Below, piece after piece: positions 26,640 to 32,000 of a stretch of 32,000 bases of DNA (its first letter is position 1; each line of letters begins with the position of its first letter). Source of the stretch: Dickeya dadantii NCPPB 898 (lineage in GTDB: Bacteria > Pseudomonadota > Gammaproteobacteria > Enterobacterales > Enterobacteriaceae). The notes under the pieces are model-generated. The model made no database searches and was not told where the DNA came from. It was given only the letters and a program-made list of their open reading frames with translations. Made by a program: the position numbers and the translations under genes. Location of the stretch: contig NZ_CM001976.1 in assembly GCF_000406145.1 (NCBI RefSeq), positions 407,876-439,875 on the forward strand, written 5' to 3'.

Positions 26640-28841
26640 ATGGGGTCTCGAACTTTGGATAGCATTGTGGGAAAGCTCAATCCGCTATTGCGGCTAGCAG
26701 CCATCTCGGGCGTCGAAGCTGCGATCACATTCCATATTCTTCGGGGTGATGACTTGGATGCCCGCGATAGCAGTGGCTCAACGCCTCTGATCCTCGCCGC
26801 ATCTAGGAGAAACAGCGGGGCTGTAAGGCTTCTACTTGACGCGGGGGCAAATCCGACACTTGTCGATCCAGAAGGGATGAATGCTCTAGCGCATGCCTTA
26901 CGAGCCAATTGCCTAGAGACAATTGAGATACTAAGTGAGGCATTCAATATGCCACCCTTGGAGGCCACTGAGTCAGATGAAGTAATTACCAACAATCAGG
27001 AAAAGATATCCTCTTGCTTCGATAAAATATCTGATGGCCAGGCATCGGGGAGCGAATCCCACGCAGTGGGCAAGAATATCCCTACCTCTCCTGAATATCA
27101 CTTCGAGCCCATTTCCCCCAAGGCAACGACTCGATATATTTTTGAAGTCGATTCCCTTTCTCTAGATCCTCTTTCCTTGGATGCTGAATTTGAGGACAAC
27201 TGGGAAGTTGAGATTAACCCTGTTGCGCCTGTTGGTGACCAACATGTTGCAGAGGCCGTCAAGAATGTTTACAAGGCGATAGGTCAACATAAGGCAGTAG
27301 ATAACGACGAGGACTGGGGTGATATCGATCTCTATCTTCCTGTAATAAAATCCATTTTAGACCATGAGGGCGTTGATTATACCCTCCGGGTTTTCCTCCT
27401 TGCAGCAATCCGCGATGGGATTATTTCTGAAGAAAACCTTGTTGAACTTTGCTTAAACGCCAACGGATCACGCAATGAAGATTTTGAGAGATTCATTGGT
27501 ATTGCTGCAGGAGAGCTTGGTGCGATTGTGGACGAACAGAGTGGAGTCACTATAAATGATACCTCTCTCGATGAGTCGTCTCTTGAGGAAAAACTCCTTC
27601 TCGATGAAGCAATTGAGTTCATCAAGGATCTAGCCTCGGATCACAATGAACCGTTCAGATTTTATTCCAAGGATATCCGATGCAGGCTTCTTGAGGCCAA
27701 AGAAGAGATCGCTCTTAGTCGAGAGATGGAAGAGGCTTGGCAAGATGTGCTATCGGTCCTTGCTCAATGGCCAGAAGGACTCGCGGTGTTATTTGACTGT
27801 GCTGAAAAGGTTTTGAGAGGGGAGGTTGATGCTGGAGCGTTCAGCACTGGACCTGATTTGCTCCTAGAAGATGGGGCAACAGAACTGGAGGATGTGTACG
27901 ATGAGGATGAAGAGGAAAAAGAGCATGATGCCGGCTCAGCATTTATGACTGCTATAGCAGCCGTTCGGAGTAAGATTGGAGACTTCCAGCGAACCAAAGA
28001 AGCATTAGAAGCGGCTAAGCTAACTCGCGGATTTCTTTTTGAGCTAGCCGAACGAGCCAAAGATGATTCTAATGCAAAGGGCCTTACTGATGCTCTTGAG
28101 CGGCAGTCCTATGCTCGGGATCGCTTGATTCAGTGTAATCTTAGACTCGCTTTATCCATTGCCAAGAAGCACCGGTGGTCAGGAGTGCCGATGGACGATC
28201 TTGTTCAAGAGGCAAACATTGGCCTTATAAAAGCGGTTGAACGCTACGACTGGCGCAGAGGTTTTCGCTTCTCTACATACGCAACGTGGTGGATTCGTCA
28301 ACAGATAACACGTTCCATTGCTGACAAAAGTAGGAGTGTTAGGGCACCGGTACACGTTCAGGATAAGGCTTGGAAGATCATACGGGAGCGCAATGAGATC
28401 GAGTTGCAGAGAGGGTACCCTGAGCGTGATATCGACACAGCTTCGCGGCTCGGAATTCCGCTATCAAAAATATGGATTCTCCTGTCGATATTTGATGATG
28501 CAGAGTCTCTTGATGAGATCGATTTGAATATGAGTTGTGCTCGAGTGGAGCTTCTCGTGAATCGGAATGCCTCGGCACCATTTAAGCTTGTTGAGAATTC
28601 GTCTCTCTCCTCTACGCTCTCGGGAATGCTGGAAGAGTTAGATGAAAGGTCTCGCACAGTGATTATGTATCGCTTTGGATTAGGCAACATTGACGCGATG
28701 ACCTTGGAAGAGGTAGGGCAGATCTTCGGGGTTACACGTGAGCGTATCCGCCAAATAGAGTCCAAAGCGATGCAGAAACTTTCTAGTGAGAAAAGGAAGG
28801 AGATCTTGGCTTCCTTTATGAGCGAGGATGATTATCAATAA
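26640..28841 (+). CDS. Ankyrin-repeat / RpoD-like sigma-70 fusion protein carrying all sigma regions 1.1-4
   Basis: 733 aa. Residues about 12-100 are ankyrin repeats ([45 protein letters not shown]). Residues about 250-300 are region 1.1-like. Region 1.2 is [28 protein letters not shown]. Region 2 is [54 protein letters not shown]. Region 4 is [43 protein letters not shown]. The protein is colinear with E. coli RpoD to the C-terminus. Confidence 0.9.
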   Translation: [733 protein letters not shown]

Positions 28842-30334
28842 TGCAGAAAACCAGATATGCGCCGCCGAAAGCCAATGCAATGATGGAGGCTCTCAGAGGG
28901 CTCGGTTATTCAACCGCAGCAGCCTTGGCTGATGTTGTAGACAACGCTGTGTCTGCAGGTTCTGCAGAGGTGTATCTGCGATTTGAATGGGATGGAACGC
29001 AAAGCTGTATTTCGATACTAGATGATGGTCATGGAATGACTGATACCGAGCTTGAGACTGCCATGACCCTTGGGACGATAAATCCTTTGGATGAAAGGAC
29101 TGCGACTGATCTCGGACGTTTTGGTATGGGTCTGAAGACTGCCTCGTTTTCCCAATGCCGTAGGCTTACTGTTGCTTCCAAGCGAGAAGGCGGAGTTCTG
29201 GTTTGTTTACGCTGGGACTTGGACGCTATCGCTACAGATCCGCAGGTTGGTTGGCGTATGTTCGAGGGACCAGCATTAGGCTCCGAGCGGTTCTTTGAAC
29301 CGCTAAACGACTTAAGCTCGGGGACGCTCGTTCTTTGGGAATTAATGGACAGAGTTGTCATGCCCGGTACGAACTTGGATCACTTTGCCGACCTAATTGA
29401 TGATGTGGAATCCCGTTTATCGATGACCTTCCATCGCCTTATTGAGGGGCCTCGCCCAGATTTCCGCCTGTTCATCAATGGCAAACTGGTGGTCCCTTGG
29501 GATCCGTTCATGGTTGGCCACCCTGCTAAAGCCTTGGAATCTCCCATAGAGCGCAGAATCACTCAGTCAGGAGTTTTGGAGGTCCAATGCCATGTTCTCC
29601 CGCACAAAGATAAATTATCTGACGAGGATCTTTTCAAGGCTGGCGGCCCTGACGGCTGGATATCTCAGCAAGGGTTCTATGTCTATCGTAACAAAAGACT
29701 CCTTCTGGCCGGTAGTTGGCTAGGGCTTGGAAGAGGGAGAGCATGGAGCAGGGATGAATCGCATCGACTTGCGAGAATCCGGGTTGATATGCCGAATACC
29801 GCCGACGCAGATTGGAAGATCGATGTTAAGAAGTCCACTGCCCGACCACCGGTTTTTGTCCGTAACTGGTTGACTGGAATAGCAGAAAACACGAGAGACA
29901 GAGCTCGTAAGGTATTCGCCTTCCGAGGATCGCCGACGTCTAGGTTGAGCAGTGCTCCCATCGAGCAGACTTGGCGGGTTGAACATCTGAAGAGCGGCGT
30001 TCGATACCGCATAGATGAGACGCACCCTGCCGTCGCGGCAGTTATTGAGGTTTGTTCAGACCGAAAGCATCTTGTTAGAGCGATGCTCCGGGTTATTGAG
30101 GAGACAGTCCCTGTCCAACGGATATGGCTCGATACTGCCGAGAACAAGGACACTCCTAGAACAGGGTTTGATGGGGAACCGAACGAAGCTGTTATACAGG
30201 TTGCGAGTGTCCTTTTTAATGATTTGATCGAGCGCAAGGGACTGAGTGTTGAGGAAGCCCGTAAGTCAATGCTCAAGACTGAGCCCTTCCAAAAATATCC
30301 CTCACTAATTGCAAATTTACAGAGAGATGAATGA
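28841..30334 (+). CDS. GHKL-superfamily ATPase, MORC-like (HATPase_c_3 type)
   Basis: 497 aa. The N-box is ALADVVDNAVSAGS, the DxGxG motif is ILDDGHGMT and the Gly-rich lid is LGRFGMGLKTASFS. The start ATG overlaps the sigma gene stop (TAATG at 28839-28843). Confidence 0.88.
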   Translation: MQKTRYAPPKANAMMEALRGLGYSTAAALADVVDNAVSAGSAEVYLRFEWDGTQSCISILDDGHGMTDTELETAMTLGTINPLDERTATDLGRFGMGLKTASFSQCRRLTVASKREGGVLVCLRWDLDAIATDPQVGWRMFEGPALGSERFFEPLNDLSSGTLVLWELMDRVVMPGTNLDHFADLIDDVESRLSMTFHRLIEGPRPDFRLFINGKLVVPWDPFMVGHPAKALESPIERRITQSGVLEVQCHVLPHKDKLSDEDLFKAGGPDGWISQQGFYVYRNKRLLLAGSWLGLGRGRAWSRDESHRLARIRVDMPNTADADWKIDVKKSTARPPVFVRNWLTGIAENTRDRARKVFAFRGSPTSRLSSAPIEQTWRVEHLKSGVRYRIDETHPAVAAVIEVCSDRKHLVRAMLRVIEETVPVQRIWLDTAENKDTPRTGFDGEPNEAVIQVASVLFNDLIERKGLSVEEARKSMLKTEPFQKYPSLIANLQRDE

Positions 30335-32000
30335 ACATGATGGAAGAGGTTGGCTTGCAAGCTGAGCTACTAGAAAACGTCATCGCCACGGCTCAACGGC
30401 TAGTAAAGGCAGAGAAAGATAAATCTAAGATAACCCCGGCGTTCATTGCTGAGAAGGTGAGTTTTGCCACGAAGATGTTTGCTGATGACTCACTTCACTC
30501 GGTGGATCAAAATCAGGCTATTGCCATACTAATTCAGCGTTTCAGTCACCGAATCGGTAAGCCAACCACGTTGAAGAACGATGTAGACCATGTCGACTGG
30601 CTTTCTGCAGCGAGAAAACGTGATTGGCGCTATTGGCGTCGATATGGAGACTACTTGGAATCCAAGCTTTCCGACGTTGTAGTCGAGGGGCTTAACGAGA
30701 CCACTGATGATATCCTCAGCCTCCTGGAGGATCCAGAAAGATCGGACTCATGGGATCGTAGGGGGCTTGTTGTCGGGCATGTGCAATCAGGCAAGACCAG
30801 CAACTACTCAGGACTAATTTGTAAGGCAGCTGATGCTGGCTATAAGATTATCATCGTCCTTGCAGGCATGCATAATAACTTGAGGTCGCAAACTCAGATG
30901 CGGCTAGAAGAGAGTTTTCTTGGCTACGAGACGACCACTGATCGTGATGTCGGTATACCAATAGGTGTTGCAGAGTTCGGTGATGACCTGAAGACCAACT
31001 CTGCAACAACGCGGGCTGAGAACGGTGATTTTAGTAAAGCGATTGCGAGGCGATTTCACGGTATATCTCCAGAGGAGAGGCCATGGCTTTTCGTTGTAAA
31101 GAAGCAAAAGACCGTCCTCACAGCTCTGTTGGACTGGATTCAAAAACGAGTAGCGGACAGCACCGACTCAATTGATGGTCGCAAGCTTGTGACTAAACTT
31201 CCGCTTCTAATGATCGACGACGAGGCAGATAACGCGTCAGTTGATACTGGAGAGCAGATATTCAAGGATGATGGTACACCTGACGAAGAGCATCAGCCTA
31301 AGACTATTAACAGTCTTATTCGTCAGATCCTTCATACCTTCACTAGGAAGGCGTATGTTGGCTATACTGCAACGCCTTTTGCCAACATTTTTATCCACCA
31401 CAAAGGTGCAACAGCGAAGGAAGGCCCTGATCTTTTCCCTCGTTCGTTCATCATCAATTTAGCAGCTCCATCCAATTACGTTGGTCCTACGCAGATGTTT
31501 GGCAAGATGACGAAGGATGGCCGTACGGAGGGGCTGCCTCTATCTAGAAACATCTGTGATCATTACGACCCCAAGTCAGAGTCTGGGTGGATGCCACCAA
31601 AGCACAAGAAGACTCATATCCCTAATTACAACGGCGAAGAGGCGATTCCTCCATCGTTGCAGCAAGCTATCTACACGTTCATTTTGTCATGTGCTGCCCG
31701 TCAATTACGAGGGCAAGGCACCCAACATAGCTCCATGCTGATTCACGTCACCCGTTTCGTTGATGTTCAAAAGCTCGTGTGCGAACAGGTCGATAAGACG
31801 GTACGTCGCATGCGGCAGCGTATAACTCGAGGAATGGGGGCGGAGGAGATTCTGGGACAGTTGCACCAACTTTGGAACGATGACTTTCTTCCTGTTCGAG
31901 ACAAAGTTGCAGTGCTCCTACCAAAAGAGGAGTGTCCTCCGAAAATGCCGACTTGGAATGATATTCTCGCTGTTCTGCCTGAGGTGCTGGAGGATATAGA
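30331..32000 (+). CDS. Z1-domain-type P-loop NTPase (SF2 helicase-like), 3-prime partial
   Basis: I translated this open frame by hand; it is absent from the ORF track because it runs off the window. It begins MNMMEEVGLQAELLEN... The Walker A motif is GLVVGHVQSGKTSNYSGLICKAADAGYKIIIVLAG and the Walker B/DEAD-like motif is LPLLMIDDEADNASV, followed by YVGYTATPFANIF. The start overlaps the upstream stop (ATGA at 30331-30334). Confidence 0.85.
   Translation, partial: MNMMEEVGLQAELLENVIATAQRLVKAEKDKSKITPAFIAEKVSFATKMFADDSLHSVDQNQAIAILIQRFSHRIGKPTTLKNDVDHVDWLSAARKRDWRYWRRYGDYLESKLSDVVVEGLNETTDDILSLLEDPERSDSWDRRGLVVGHVQSGKTSNYSGLICKAADAGYKIIIVLAGMHNNLRSQTQMRLEESFLGYETTTDRDVGIPIGVAEFGDDLKTNSATTRAENGDFSKAIARRFHGISPEERPWLFVVKKQKTVLTALLDWIQKRVADSTDSIDGRKLVTKLPLLMIDDEADNASVDTGEQIFKDDGTPDEEHQPKTINSLIRQILHTFTRKAYVGYTATPFANIFIHHKGATAKEGPDLFPRSFIINLAAPSNYVGPTQMFGKMTKDGRTEGLPLSRNICDHYDPKSESGWMPPKHKKTHIPNYNGEEAIPPSLQQAIYTFILSCAARQLRGQGTQHSSMLIHVTRFVDVQKLVCEQVDKTVRRMRQRITRGMGAEEILGQLHQLWNDDFLPVRDKVAVLLPKEECPPKMPTWNDILAVLPEVLEDI

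Larger units (their letters stand above)
24566..32000. mobile_element. Older leuX island, module 2, with a decayed integrase; the right end lies beyond the window
   Basis: It starts at the degenerate att copy. The integrase remnant occupies the same relative position as in module 1. An IS3 scar and foreign-looking cargo follow. Confidence 0.55.

Noticed and set aside
26400-26640. Possibility that the structured leader is a retron msr/msd or a CRISPR leader/repeat
   Set aside because: No reverse transcriptase or cas gene is nearby. There are no regularly spaced direct repeats, only one imperfect motif duplication.

Overview
Enterobacterales chromosomal window, G+C-rich and plausibly from a soft-rot Pectobacteriaceae-like host (not verifiable here). 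It follows the E. coli-type synteny argI-rraB-yjgM ... valS-holC-pepA-lptF-lptG-leuX. The left edge carries the 3-prime end of an IS110/IS1111-type transposase. It abuts an asc-like beta-glucoside operon (PTS EIIBC plus 6-phospho-beta-glucosidase) with two LacI-type operators. A small accessory block sits between yjgM and valS: an XRE-cupin regulator, a GNAT, a secreted alpha/beta hydrolase and an MCP. From tRNA-Leu(CAA) (18305-18389) onward the window is horizontally acquired DNA arranged as two tandem islands. Island 1 (about 18390-24565) has an intact P4-type integrase, a very AT-rich two-gene cassette (Dgt-like dNTP triphosphohydrolase plus a 542-554 aa uncharacterised partner), an orphan secreted protein and a GNAT/RHH (TacT/TacA-like) toxin-antitoxin pair. 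It ends at a degenerate copy of the tRNA 3-prime end. Island 2 (24566 to beyond the window) has a decayed integrase, an orphan 285 aa gene and an IS3 scar. It also has the most unusual feature of the window, a translationally coupled operon. That operon encodes a full-length RpoD-like sigma-70 with an N-terminal ankyrin-repeat extension, a MORC-like GHKL ATPase and a Z1-type P-loop NTPase. No CRISPR array or rRNA is present.
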